Shown: positions 28,555 to 38,674 of the stretch, in pieces
Layout: each line of letters opens with the position of its first letter
Numbering within the stretch: the stretch's first letter is position 1
Assembly: GCA_050014195.1 (NCBI GenBank)
Contig: JBEKDT010000005.1
Span: forward strand, 159,012 to 223,011
Direction: 5' to 3'
DNA: 64,000 nucleotides
Source of the DNA: Desulfomonilia bacterium
Lineage (GTDB): Bacteria > Desulfobacterota > Desulfomonilia > UBA1062
Translations under genes and position numbers: made by a program
Notes under the pieces: generated by a model
Seen by the model: the letters and a program-made list of their open reading frames with translations, nothing else
The model's database searches: none
What the model was told of the DNA's origin: nothing

Positions 28555-28755
28555 ATGAGAACGACACTCAATATCGATGATGATACCTTAAAAAAAGCGA
28601 GCCGGTTAACGGGGATCAAAGAAAAAACCGCCTTGGTGCAACGTGGACTCGAAGCGATCATTGCAATAGAGAGCAGTAAAAGACTCGCAAAGTTGGGGGG
28701 GACCGAAAAGGATCTCCGGCCGATTCCCCGTCGCAGACCGTCCGGATCTTCATAA
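28555..28755 (+). CDS. vapB: VapB family antitoxin (probably leaderless)
   Basis: MRTTLNIDD.L...A..LTGI.EKT.LV; TTGACT promoter and ATGCAT..ATGCAT operator just upstream. Confidence 0.88.
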   Translation: MRTTLNIDDDTLKKASRLTGIKEKTALVQRGLEAIIAIESSKRLAKLGGTEKDLRPIPRRRPSGSS

Positions 28756-29117
28756 TGGTCCTGGTTGATACATCCGTATGGATTGACCATCTCAAAAAAG
28801 GCAATGCACACCTGGAAAAATTACTGCTCGATATTGAGGTGGCATGCCATCCTTTTATCATTGGTGAGATTGCATGCGGCAACCTGAAAAACAGGACAGA
28901 GATTCTTTCATTACTTCATTCACTCCCTTTGACGCCCATCATAGAAAACGAGGAAATATTGCTCTTCATCGAGAGGAATAATCTTTCAGGAATCGGGATT
29001 GGGCTTATTGATGTACATTTGCTTGCATCTTCACGTCTCGCTCACATTCCCATTTGGACACGTGATAAAAGATTACTTAACGCCTCTATATCTCTCCAAA
29101 TGGCATATATCTACTGA
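28755..29117 (+). CDS. vapC: VapC PIN-domain toxin
   Basis: VLVDTSVWIDH, HPF.IGE.ACG, GIG.IDVHLLAS, WTRDKRL; TAATG coupling. Confidence 0.9.
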   Translation: MVLVDTSVWIDHLKKGNAHLEKLLLDIEVACHPFIIGEIACGNLKNRTEILSLLHSLPLTPIIENEEILLFIERNNLSGIGIGLIDVHLLASSRLAHIPIWTRDKRLLNASISLQMAYIY

Positions 29118-29191
29118 AGACAATTCATTCCGGGCGCAGGGCTGAATCCAGCATGCCGAGGCACAAAATGACGCAGGCGAGGAGGAAAAAG

Positions 29192-30106
29192 ATGGAGAAA
29201 AACAGAAAGATCCGGAAGGTCATCAAGAGCAAACCCACTATCGAGGGAGCCGGTGTCCACTTGAAGCGGGCATTCGCCTTCAGTGAGGTGCCTGCATTTG
29301 ATCCGTTCCTGCTCCTCGATGATTTTCGTTCAAGGGACCCCCGGTATTACCTCAAGGGCTTCCCCTGGCATCCGCACCGCGGAATCGAGACCATCACCTA
29401 TATCCTTCATGGAAGTGTCGAACACGGGGACAGCATGGGAAACAAAGGCGTTATCAGCCCCGGGGATGTGCAATGGATGACGGCCGGCAGCGGTATCATC
29501 CATCAGGAGATGCCGAAGGGGGATAAAACAGGCCGCATGGGAGGGTTCCAGTTGTGGGCCAATCTCCCGGCCTCACACAAGATGATGGACCCCCGTTATC
29601 GTGACGTAAAAAGCGAGCAGATCCCTGAGATCTCCATGTTAGGCGGCGTAACGATCAGGATCATATGCGGCAAAGTCGAAGGGGTTAAAGGCCCTGTCCA
29701 AGACATCGTCACCGATCCGGAATACCTTGATCTCTCTGTCCCTGCAGACACGGAGTTCATTCACCCGACCAAACCAGGGCACACGGTCTTCGCATATATC
29801 ATCGAGGGCAAGGCAAGGTTCTGCAAGGAGAAAAACCCGTTCACCTACGAGGTCGAGGGGGCAAACTATTTCGACATCCAGAGGGACCCTTTTGCGACTG
29901 ACGAGAATCTTGTCCTGTTTGGTGACGGGGAACAGATCGTCGTTTCTACCGAAGATGATCCTGTCCGCTTTCTCCTCATGTCCGGAAAACCCATCAATGA
30001 ACCGGTCGCATGGTACGGTCCTATTGTAATGAACACACAACAGGAATTGGAGGTCGCCTTCGAGGAGTACAACAACGGCACATTCATCAAGCACAGGAAT
30101 GCGTGA
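29192..30106 (+). CDS. Pirin family protein
   Basis: DPFLLLD, FPWHPHRGIETITY, VQWMTAGSGIIHQEMP, EPVAWYGPIVMNT. Confidence 0.93.
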   Translation: MEKNRKIRKVIKSKPTIEGAGVHLKRAFAFSEVPAFDPFLLLDDFRSRDPRYYLKGFPWHPHRGIETITYILHGSVEHGDSMGNKGVISPGDVQWMTAGSGIIHQEMPKGDKTGRMGGFQLWANLPASHKMMDPRYRDVKSEQIPEISMLGGVTIRIICGKVEGVKGPVQDIVTDPEYLDLSVPADTEFIHPTKPGHTVFAYIIEGKARFCKEKNPFTYEVEGANYFDIQRDPFATDENLVLFGDGEQIVVSTEDDPVRFLLMSGKPINEPVAWYGPIVMNTQQELEVAFEEYNNGTFIKHRNA

Positions 30107-30172
30107 TCCCCTTCGAGGAATCATTCAATCGACGAATCGGCATGAGAGACATCTGCCCGCTCACATGAGATA

Positions 30173-30667
30173 TTACCCGACCCTCATCTCATACCGCACG
30201 ACATAGTGCCTTCCCACCTGGCGAAAACTGTGGCGGATGAAGCCTGCGGATTCATACAGAGCGCAGAGCTTTGCCCGGCTTGCCTCCGTATCGAGGCGCA
30301 GAAACTTCATACCTTCCTTATGGGCCTTCTCTCCGGCCCACGCGATGATCCGCCTTCCCAATCCCCTGCCTGCCGCGGAACTTTTCAGGGTTATCTTATG
30401 GATGTAAGCCGCATCGCCTTCCGGCATGTCGGGCCAGTAGAGCCTGTCATGGAGCTGAAAGATCGCGGTACCGACAGGCCGGCCCTGCATCATTACCAGA
30501 TAGAGCTCGCCTGCATCGATTGATCCTTTAAGCCTCTCTACCGTGAGCTCCTCGGGGAACCAGAGGGTTTGCCCCTGCTCCTTGAGCCGGAGGGCAGCCT
30601 CACACATAATGGAAGAGGCGGACCCGGCATCCTCAGAACCTGCCCGGACGATATCGATATCCATCAT
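30173..30667 (-). CDS. GNAT family N-acetyltransferase
   Basis: AGRGLG, LRLD, L..LYE..GF. Confidence 0.85.
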   Translation of the reverse strand: MMDIDIVRAGSEDAGSASSIMCEAALRLKEQGQTLWFPEELTVERLKGSIDAGELYLVMMQGRPVGTAIFQLHDRLYWPDMPEGDAAYIHKITLKSSAAGRGLGRRIIAWAGEKAHKEGMKFLRLDTEASRAKLCALYESAGFIRHSFRQVGRHYVVRYEMRVG

Positions 30668-30734
30668 TATTACCTCGTTCGTAGGTGTTCTTTATATATC
30701 AATGGGGTAGTATACACATTCATCAACTGGTTTA

Positions 30735-30776
30735 GATTGCCACGTCGGGAATCTTTTGTTTCCTCTTCGCAATGAC
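30735..30776. repeat. Half copy of RPE-like palindromic element
   Basis: GATTGCCACGTCG...TTCGCAATGAC matches the right half of 23373-23539. Confidence 0.55.
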
Positions 30777-30811
30777 TTTATATACTAATTCGTTGTCATG
30801 GAGGAACGGGT

Positions 30812-31237
30812 TTACAGGTCATCCGAAGAGGTCGTTCGCCGCATACCCTTCTTCGCAGCCATCCTGTGCTTCGATTCCAGGCGCTGGATCCTAGATGATG
30901 AACTGGGCCGTGTCCTGATCCTTGGCCTGGGTTTTCTGACGGCCTCTGTGATGATCTCCTGCAGGCGTTCACGGGCATCAACGCGGTTGCGCTCCTGGGA
31001 CCTGAAGCGCTGGGCCCTGATGATGAGCACCCCCTCCGCAGTCATGCGTCTGCCTGCAATCCTCTTCAAGCGGCCTTTTACATCCGGTGGGAGTGATGCA
31101 GAGCCAGCGACATCAAACCTGAGCTGGACCGCGGTTGCGACCTTGTTCACATTCTGGCCGCCGGGCCCGCTTGAGCGCACGAATTCCCAGCTCAGCTCAT
31201 CTTCTTCAATGATAATGTCGCTGCCTATCCGTATCAT
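30812..31237 (-). CDS. arfB: Alternative ribosome-rescue peptidyl-tRNA hydrolase ArfB
   Basis: FVRSSGPGGQNVNKV.TAVQLRF, RSQERNR, basic C-terminal tail. Confidence 0.93.
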   Translation of the reverse strand: MIRIGSDIIIEEDELSWEFVRSSGPGGQNVNKVATAVQLRFDVAGSASLPPDVKGRLKRIAGRRMTAEGVLIIRAQRFRSQERNRVDARERLQEIITEAVRKPRPRIRTRPSSSSRIQRLESKHRMAAKKGMRRTTSSDDL

Positions 31238-31306
31238 AGATATGAAATGCCGGGGCCATAAGAAGATCCCCGGCATGATACCCCAGGGCATCCCCCCGGG
31301 AATTTT

Positions 31307-32065
31307 CTACATCATGGACATCACGAACTCGATTGCTCCCCTCACATCCTTGTCAAAGAAACACTTGAAGCCTTCCTTCCAGTTCTCTTCGGCCAGCCTC
31401 TTCCTGATCCGGTCTGCAGTGGGTTTCTTCAACCCTTCCTTCAGCTTGATGAATGCCCTGCCCGGGTTGTCGATCCACTTTTTCACGATCTCCTTTGCCC
31501 TTCCGATGAGGTCCGCCTCCTCCACTATCTCATCCACAATGCCTAATTCCTTGGCACTGTTGATATCGAGCATCCTGCCGAAGTACATCAGATCGCGGAA
31601 CTTCTTGTTGCTTTCATACCCGAACTGCATGATCTCGGACTGGGCTATGGTAAGCGCCAGTCCCAGCTTGATCTCGGACATGCCGATGGAGATCTTGGGG
31701 TGGTTCTTGACAATACGGTAGTCGCTTGCCATGGCAAAGATCAGTCCGCCTGCAATGGCATGGCCGTTCAAGGCGGAAACCACCGGTTTACGGCACTCGA
31801 AAAGCGCAAGAAGGATCTCTTCTCCTTCATCAAAGAAGTCACCGATCTCTTTGACATCCTTGAACCCCATGAACATGGGGAGGTCGAACCCGCTGCTGAA
31901 GGTCCTTCCCGCACCGGTGAGGACAATTCCCTTGACGGCATCGTCTTCGTTGGCCTTCTTTACGATATCACTCAATTTTCGAAGTATCTCCAGGGTAAGG
32001 GAGTTGGTCTTCCCATGTTCGAACGTGGCGATGATGATCCCGTCTTCGAGCTTCTCGTTCAGCAT
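31307..32065 (-). CDS. Enoyl-CoA hydratase/isomerase family protein
   Basis: FSSGFDL, KPVVSALNGHAIAGG, IGMSE..LG. Confidence 0.88.
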   Translation of the reverse strand: MLNEKLEDGIIIATFEHGKTNSLTLEILRKLSDIVKKANEDDAVKGIVLTGAGRTFSSGFDLPMFMGFKDVKEIGDFFDEGEEILLALFECRKPVVSALNGHAIAGGLIFAMASDYRIVKNHPKISIGMSEIKLGLALTIAQSEIMQFGYESNKKFRDLMYFGRMLDINSAKELGIVDEIVEEADLIGRAKEIVKKWIDNPGRAFIKLKEGLKKPTADRIRKRLAEENWKEGFKCFFDKDVRGAIEFVMSMM

Positions 32066-32174
32066 ACTATTATATCCTCCTGCTCTGTAAATATAATGCA
32101 ACCCTGATTCGAGGTTGCCCCTGTGATATAGCGCATTTTAGCCCTGATGTCATGGAGCAATCGGGAGGTAGCGG

Positions 32175-33521
32175 CTACCCGGCGATAAGAACCCTCTTCA
32201 GGTAGGCCTTCGCATAAAAGAAGGTAAAAAGGGCGGCCCCCCAGTTGATGAGAAAGATACCCGTCCAGATGCCGGTAAGCCCCATGCCCATCAGTTTTGA
32301 AAAGAAGGGGAACACCACCACGGGCAGGGCGATCTGCCTTATGACCCCGATATAAAGGCCATACGCCGGTTTCTTTACCCCTTGAAGCACTGAAACGTTC
32401 ACATAGAGGATCACATAGGCATAGAGGATAAATGCTGAAATGCGAAGGTACAAGGTGCCGATGGCTATCACCTGTTTATCGGCTGAGAAAAGGCCCATGA
32501 GGGATCCGGCAAAAATCAGCAGCAGCATAGTGCCGAACGCCATGAAGACCCCCCCATACGTGAGCGCAGTACTTACCGTCTCGAAAATCCTCTTGTACAG
32601 ACGCGCCCCGTTGCTGTGTGCCACGAGTGTTACGGTGGCGATGCTCAGGCCGATCGTGGGCATGAGTATGATCTGCTCAACCCTCGTTGCTATCCCATAA
32701 GCCGCCACAGCCTCCTTGCCGAAGATACTGATGAAGTAGGTTATCACGAACACACCCACACCCACGGTGATGGAATTCAGGCTCGTGGGGAATCCCTGCC
32801 TGGCTATCTCGCCGAAGGCTTCCGGCCTGGGAATGATTTCGCTGAAGCATCTCTCGCATGTGAGCTTGGTATGCGACACCTTATACCCCAAATAGAAATT
32901 CCCGAGCATCTGCACAAACACCGTTGCCAGGGCGACTCCCATGACCCCCATGGCCGGAACACCCAGGCCTCCGTATATGAACCACGGGTCCAGGGCCATG
33001 TTGAGAAAGCACCCGGCGATGAGAAAATTCCTGAACGTGCGGGTGTTACCCAGGGCATTGAGAATGGCATTGAGCATGAAATTCATGATGAAGAAGACCG
33101 AGCCCAGGAAAATCGTGTTCATGAAGGTCAGGCACATATCGAGGTAGGGGCCTGTTGCACCCAGCAGGATAAACAGCTGCGGCGAGGCCATTATGCCGAT
33201 GACGGTGACCGCCACCGATATAAGCACCCCGAAGGAGATGCCCTGGATGGCTAACATCTTCGCCCTGGCGGAATCGCCGCCCCCGAGCGCCGTAGCTATC
33301 AAGGCAGTGGTCCCGGTGGAGATGCCGGAACCAAGCGAGATGATGATGAAGAAGACAGGAAAAGAAAGCGATAGGGCTGCAATGGCCTGAGTGGAGATGA
33401 GTCCGGCAAAGTAGGTATCGATAACATTGAACATGGTGTTGAAGAAGAAGCCGATGCTCGCAGGGATCGAGATCGCACGTATAAGCCTTGGAATGGGGTC
33501 AGTTGTGAGCCGGAGATGCAC
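32175..33521 (-). CDS. MATE family efflux transporter
   Basis: 12 TM; FNVIDTYFAG, LN..LDP.FI.G, AVAAYG. Confidence 0.9.
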   Translation of the reverse strand: MHLRLTTDPIPRLIRAISIPASIGFFFNTMFNVIDTYFAGLISTQAIAALSLSFPVFFIIISLGSGISTGTTALIATALGGGDSARAKMLAIQGISFGVLISVAVTVIGIMASPQLFILLGATGPYLDMCLTFMNTIFLGSVFFIMNFMLNAILNALGNTRTFRNFLIAGCFLNMALDPWFIYGGLGVPAMGVMGVALATVFVQMLGNFYLGYKVSHTKLTCERCFSEIIPRPEAFGEIARQGFPTSLNSITVGVGVFVITYFISIFGKEAVAAYGIATRVEQIILMPTIGLSIATVTLVAHSNGARLYKRIFETVSTALTYGGVFMAFGTMLLLIFAGSLMGLFSADKQVIAIGTLYLRISAFILYAYVILYVNVSVLQGVKKPAYGLYIGVIRQIALPVVVFPFFSKLMGMGLTGIWTGIFLINWGAALFTFFYAKAYLKRVLIAG

Positions 33522-34426
33522 TAGGTTATCTTTTCAAGAAGCCCTTCGATCTCCTGCCTCTTCTTCAACCCCTTGATCCATTCATCAGGGATTGCGCCCA
33601 TGCCCAGGTGTGCGCCAAGCACCATGCCAACGGCCATGCCCCGCGCGGCGGAGTCGCCGCCTGCCATCACATTTTCGATCAGGGCCTCCTTCAGATCGTT
33701 TTCGTACCGGCATATGAGGTGGATCACACCGGGAAAGGCATCGGGGGTATGGCAGTCCTGTCCGAGGGTCTTGATGGTCTGTATGCTTTCGTTCGTACAT
33801 GATTCAATGCCCTTGTCTACCCACAGGGCAATCCGCGACCCTTTAAAGTATGTACGGGCGACCTCCTCAACTGCCGATACCGGCTTCATCCCGTGCAGCA
33901 CGCGGTATGCCGCGCGTGCGAAAAACCCGCTCGCATCCACGGTAAGGCTGTCTCTGTGCGTCATGTCCGTCTGTGTCCTGGCGGCAGAGACAAGGCCTTC
34001 CTCATCCTCGTGGTAGCGGTAAACGAGCGGTACAATGCGGGAGGCACCGGAGAGGTCGCTCGAGGATGAGCCTGCCTCCATGGGTGTTTTTCCTACAGAA
34101 AGGTTCTCAAGGGTGCCCTTGGTAGCCTGGTCATAGTAGCCGTTGTATCCTGTGAAGAGCTTCTGCCAGCGCTGCGTGAAATCTTCCGGGTCAAATCTGC
34201 CTCGCGCAGCCAACGATTCCAGGAGCACGAAGGACTGGTCGCCGTAATGCGTGAATTCACCCTTCTTCTTGGTGGGGTGGTAGGAATCCGGGTCAGGGTC
34301 GAGGAAGTTCTCAACACGCCCGAAATCCCGTTCGATCTTTTCCACTGAATAGATCCAGTGCGCCCCGAGTGCCAGCGAATCTCCGATAAAAGATGCCAGT
34401 ACCATCGCCTTGGCCTTGTCTTTCAT
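33521..34426 (-). CDS. ADP-ribosylglycohydrolase family protein
   Basis: GDSLALGAHWIY, THYGDQ, TH, NVMAGGDSAARG. Confidence 0.85.
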   Translation of the reverse strand: MKDKAKAMVLASFIGDSLALGAHWIYSVEKIERDFGRVENFLDPDPDSYHPTKKKGEFTHYGDQSFVLLESLAARGRFDPEDFTQRWQKLFTGYNGYYDQATKGTLENLSVGKTPMEAGSSSSDLSGASRIVPLVYRYHEDEEGLVSAARTQTDMTHRDSLTVDASGFFARAAYRVLHGMKPVSAVEEVARTYFKGSRIALWVDKGIESCTNESIQTIKTLGQDCHTPDAFPGVIHLICRYENDLKEALIENVMAGGDSAARGMAVGMVLGAHLGMGAIPDEWIKGLKKRQEIEGLLEKIT

Positions 34427-34473
34427 AGAGGCCTCCTTCCTTTTCGCATATCCGGGTCATCATATCTCATTGT

Positions 34474-35178
34474 TCATGAAAAGATACTTCTCCTGCCTGA
34501 GAGTTCTTCCCGGGTGATGATAAATGAATAGGAAATCATGAGCAGAAAAACAACCATCACGGACAAGGAAAAGAGCTCATTTGCAATGCCCCGGTGGATG
34601 TATGCAACAGCCGCCAGGATCACGGTTAACGCCGAGCATGCCGCTATGATCCTCGACAGGATGCCTCCCTGGAGGAAATACGGCATCAGGATCAGAAAGA
34701 TCAGGGTAATCCCTCCCCATTTCTGCCACGTGAAGACCCTAAGCAGCCTCAGCTGATGCTCGAAATCTCCGCCGCCAAGGCGTGAGGTGATGCCCAGAAG
34801 CTGTACGTTTTCGAGGAAGTCTCCCATGAGGATCACAAGTGAGAGCATGCTTCCCAGATGGTAAACCTTTCTCTCTCTCATCAATGCAACCCTTCTGCAG
34901 AACACAAACAGGAACGCACTGTAGAGCACCATATAGAGAAAATCGATCCGGTTGCCCAGGTCCATGGCCTTTACTATTTCCTGGTGTTTCGGAGAATCAA
35001 GGGGCCCGAACAGGTCAAATACCTCTTGCGGGGTCCTGATGAACTCAAAGGCGATGACAGGGGTAAAGAAGCCGGCGGACATCTTATCGGCATGGCGCGG
35101 AAAAACCAGATACAGGATCATGCCGGTTATGATTACGCAGATGCCGATGATGCCGGCCAGGATAAAGGGCCTTTTCAT
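34474..35178 (-). CDS. Hypothetical membrane protein
   Basis: About 6 TM; DFLYM..Y and D.LEN motifs. Confidence 0.7.
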   Translation of the reverse strand: MKRPFILAGIIGICVIITGMILYLVFPRHADKMSAGFFTPVIAFEFIRTPQEVFDLFGPLDSPKHQEIVKAMDLGNRIDFLYMVLYSAFLFVFCRRVALMRERKVYHLGSMLSLVILMGDFLENVQLLGITSRLGGGDFEHQLRLLRVFTWQKWGGITLIFLILMPYFLQGGILSRIIAACSALTVILAAVAYIHRGIANELFSLSVMVVFLLMISYSFIITREELSGRRSIFS

Positions 35179-35261
35179 ATAATCCTACTCCTTAGAAAAA
35201 TATCTGCCTGGAAGATCCGAGAATCTTTTCAGACATAAGGAAAAAAACCCCCAGGGGTCTG

Positions 35262-35900
35262 CTACAGCTTTAGCGCCTTGTTCATCCCGCTCCATGCGAA
35301 GTAGCACGCCAACAGGATAAGAAAGACTCCGCAGATGCCTATGAGTGCCTGGTAGTGATTATCACTCAGGAACCGCCTCCCTTTTCCAATGGCAAATGAT
35401 ATAGCACTGTACCAGGTAAGATCCCCCAGGCAATGCCCCATGAAGAAAAACACTATCCCCCAGTAACCGTACCGCGCACAGTACAGGACATACCCAAGCC
35501 CTATGGTTGCCCACCAGAGACTCCAATAGGGATTTGCAAGGCTCATGAGGACCCCGGTCATGATCAGGTGGGACCCTCCTCCGGCCTGGATATCGGTGCG
35601 GATGCTCAAAGATGGGACGGCGCGGAGCATCCCTAAGCCCATCCAGGCAAGCATTATGGAACCAATGACGGCTATTGCCGCAAATACCCACTCCTGTGTG
35701 AGAAACGGCGCCAGGCCGAACATGAGTAAGCTAACCAGTGCAAACTCAAGCATGCTGTGCCCGGCGATCAGGAGAGGCCCGGTAATAAAGCCTCGGTGCA
35801 TGCTCTCACTGATGGTGGCGGTCATCAGGGGGCCGGGCATGGCCGCCCCGGAAAAGGCGATGAGGAATGATGTGGTGAAGATGGTTAAAAAAATCAGCAC
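35262..35900 (-). CDS. LysE family translocator
   Basis: SGA.MPGPL, GH...E, SLANPYW..WW. Confidence 0.87.
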   Translation of the reverse strand: MLIFLTIFTTSFLIAFSGAAMPGPLMTATISESMHRGFITGPLLIAGHSMLEFALVSLLMFGLAPFLTQEWVFAAIAVIGSIMLAWMGLGMLRAVPSLSIRTDIQAGGGSHLIMTGVLMSLANPYWSLWWATIGLGYVLYCARYGYWGIVFFFMGHCLGDLTWYSAISFAIGKGRRFLSDNHYQALIGICGVFLILLACYFAWSGMNKALKL

Positions 35901-35948
35901 CGCTGTACTCTATCAATGAATATGGCCGGTATCAACAAATTGAAAAAG

Positions 35949-36443
35949 TCACTTCTCTTCAAATCGGTTGAGCCTCCGGTTCTTCTTCACCTTGTCCGGG
36001 TCGAGGACAAGACCGTTCATAACGATGTACACCCCTTCCGGCAGGAGCTGGACCGCGGCCGCTGCAGCGCCGATGTTGAACTCGGCGTCCGATGACTTGA
36101 ACCGGGCAGGCTGCATGGCGCCGGTGAGCACGATGACCTTGCCGTGAATGCCCTTGAGCCTTTTCGCGGTCTTGACCATGGTGTCTGTGCCGTGTGTGAT
36201 GACGATATACCGGTTCTCCTCTGTTGCCACACGATCATAGACTGCCTGACGGTCTTTCTCGGTCATATACAGGCTGTCTTTACGCAGGATGGACTCGAAC
36301 TCATATGCGAAACTCACGTTCGCCTCGCTGAGGATCTCCGAGACACCCGGATCGCCCACCTTGTAGGCGCTCAGCCGGTCGAAGTACACCTTGTCAATGG
36401 TTCCTCCTACGGCAAAGAACATGATCTTGATGGGTTTCGTCAT
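35949..36443 (-). CDS. Short-chain asparaginase (N-terminal domain only)
   Basis: GGTIDK and THGTDTM catalytic motifs, LTGAMQP, DA.FN.G. Confidence 0.87.
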   Translation of the reverse strand: MTKPIKIMFFAVGGTIDKVYFDRLSAYKVGDPGVSEILSEANVSFAYEFESILRKDSLYMTEKDRQAVYDRVATEENRYIVITHGTDTMVKTAKRLKGIHGKVIVLTGAMQPARFKSSDAEFNIGAAAAAVQLLPEGVYIVMNGLVLDPDKVKKNRRLNRFEEK

Positions 36444-36461
36444 GATATTATATCTCCTGCT

Positions 36462-37526
36462 TTAGGAAGGTTTCTCTTGGGCAAGGGCCGGATCAAACCA
36501 CTTAAGTATAGATTCGTTCTCCTCGCGAGGATATGCATGGGACAGGTCAGGCACGACCTTGAGCCTCACATCCGCACCGGCCAGGGAGAGGTCCTTGCAT
36601 GCATTTACGGCCCGGCTCACCGGAAACATCCAGTCTTGAGCACCGTGCACCCAGTAGATGCGCCTGTCCTTAACGTGAGCCATTTCTCCATGGGCCAGCA
36701 CGCACGATACCGGTGCTATGGCCTTGGCCGGTGAGTTCTGTTGAAGCCCGAAGCTTAAGGCAAAAGTCCCGCCGTCGGACATCCCGGTCATGAGGATGCG
36801 GCCCCGGTCAATGGTGAACCTGGTACATACCTCTTCCAGAGAACGGATTAATTGCTGAGCGTCGATTTCAATATTCGAAATCGACCATGTCTGCCCCAAA
36901 GAAGTGGGCGCGAGAAGCACGAAACCCCTGCTGCGGGCCTCGCGCAGCCATGTCCAAAGGAAATCCCGGCCATGACCGTAGCCGCCGTGCAGGGCCACCA
37001 CAAGAGGCCAAGCGCTCTCAGAGCTGTATGTTTCCGGCACGAAGAGGGAATACCCCCCGCGGGCGTATGGGTCCTGGGCAGGGCCTGTGTGGATTATGCC
37101 TGTCTTGATGCCCTGATCCTTTCCTTTCTGTATCTCTTCAGGATCCACTCCCGGTTCGAGGAAATATCGGTCCAGCTCGGAAAAACCATAGCGCAGGGGA
37201 AACAGGGTCTCCTGGGCCTGGCAGTGCTTTCGCAAAGCTCTCAGAACAGCCATGAAGGATGCCGTGGCATCATCCCCTGAACCAAAAACTTTTATGCAAT
37301 TAAGGACAAGCTCACCTGCATGCCTCAGGCGCTGCCGGATATGCTCAACCTCAGGGGGCAGCTCTTGGCCAAGGACAGACTGTCCTGCATCTTCCAGCGG
37401 CTGCACATGCACAAGGAGCCCTTTCTTGAGCTGGGGAACGGCGAAAGGGTGGAGCCTGCGGGACACATCTTCGAGCGCATAGAGCACCTTGACGAGGAGC
37501 AATGTTATGGCTTCAAAGTCTTTCAT
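36462..37526 (-). CDS. Phospholipase/carboxylesterase (alpha/beta hydrolase)
   Basis: PLVVALHGG, GMSDGG, HG..D.MFP, SH.Y. Confidence 0.85.
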   Translation of the reverse strand: MKDFEAITLLLVKVLYALEDVSRRLHPFAVPQLKKGLLVHVQPLEDAGQSVLGQELPPEVEHIRQRLRHAGELVLNCIKVFGSGDDATASFMAVLRALRKHCQAQETLFPLRYGFSELDRYFLEPGVDPEEIQKGKDQGIKTGIIHTGPAQDPYARGGYSLFVPETYSSESAWPLVVALHGGYGHGRDFLWTWLREARSRGFVLLAPTSLGQTWSISNIEIDAQQLIRSLEEVCTRFTIDRGRILMTGMSDGGTFALSFGLQQNSPAKAIAPVSCVLAHGEMAHVKDRRIYWVHGAQDWMFPVSRAVNACKDLSLAGADVRLKVVPDLSHAYPREENESILKWFDPALAQEKPS

Positions 37527-37532
37527 GGGGCA

Positions 37533-38669
37533 TCATTTCCTCAGAGATATCTTGGCCTTGAGCACCACCGGATAGTAGATGCCCATATCATCCATGATCC
37601 TCTCATTGTCAGTGGTATTCACCGCATAGGTCAGGGTCAGGTCAGCCCCCATAAATACCTTGTGTGCCTTTCCTGCATAGATGAGCAGGCCCGGCAGAGT
37701 CTTTTGAGGAGGTTGGAAAAAGCATTCAGGCCCTGTCCATGGGCCGGTCAATTCATGACAAAAGCGCATTGCAAGGCAAGGATCATTAAGGCTTAGGGTC
37801 TGGACCATAAGGAAGCCCTTGAGAAGGGGTTCATAGTGCACGGTGAATTCCACCTGTCCCCCGGTAAACACAGGGACAGGCTTCAGCCCAGCAGGCTTTG
37901 CATCGGCCCAGCCTCCGGCACTGCCCATCCACCACTGGGGCCGCGACAGGTCGCCCCTGAAGGCATTACTGACAGGCCACCGCACGAGATAGACCGAACT
38001 GTCCTTCCAGTCCGTGCTGAAGGCATACAGATAACCGTCCTTGATCAACAGGCTGGAAGAGCCCACTAGGATGCGCCCCGTTACCGGACATGCAAGGCTT
38101 CGAACGCTCCAGGCGGAAGGAACACTGCCCGGATTATGAACAAGCACTGCCTTCCACCCGGAGGGTTCGAACTTAAGATCGCTCTTTGATCCACGGACCT
38201 TGACAAGGAAGATGATGAGCGTCCCCTCGAACGACACCCCCGAGCCCGGCCAGAACCATTGATCGCCCTCTTCCCGGAAAAACGATGCGGGCCTGCCTCC
38301 TGTGCTCTTCCAGTAAAACCTCATGGCGGCCTTCGCTGAATTACGGCCCGACTGGAGGGCAATGCTGTTCCTCACCATTACGGCATCGCGCCTCGTCGAA
38401 GATCCCTTTGTATTGATGAAGCTGTCACCAAAGAGCCAGAGGAACCGCTTTATCCCAAGATTCACCGATGATGCCCCATCTCCGCCGAGCCAGCGGGGAT
38501 CGCTGCGGAAGAGCTTCTCCGCCTCCTCCCATCGCTGTGCTGTGATGGAGAACCCTGCTTCTTGCTGCTTTTGACCTGCATTGAGTAGTCCGGGCCACCA
38601 GAGAAAGAGTATGCAGAAAGCGCTCGTTCCTATAAGAAAAACGTTCTTGGACCGGATTGATAATTTCAA
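37533..38669 (-). CDS. Secreted beta-propeller protein (DUF4185/DUF5005-like)
   Basis: Signal peptide; WLGGDG..S, WLFGDSF, RNS, LTGPW. Confidence 0.65.
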   Translation of the reverse strand: MKLSIRSKNVFLIGTSAFCILFLWWPGLLNAGQKQQEAGFSITAQRWEEAEKLFRSDPRWLGGDGASSVNLGIKRFLWLFGDSFINTKGSSTRRDAVMVRNSIALQSGRNSAKAAMRFYWKSTGGRPASFFREEGDQWFWPGSGVSFEGTLIIFLVKVRGSKSDLKFEPSGWKAVLVHNPGSVPSAWSVRSLACPVTGRILVGSSSLLIKDGYLYAFSTDWKDSSVYLVRWPVSNAFRGDLSRPQWWMGSAGGWADAKPAGLKPVPVFTGGQVEFTVHYEPLLKGFLMVQTLSLNDPCLAMRFCHELTGPWTGPECFFQPPQKTLPGLLIYAGKAHKVFMGADLTLTYAVNTTDNERIMDDMGIYYPVVLKAKISLRK

Positions 38670-38674
38670 TGGAT

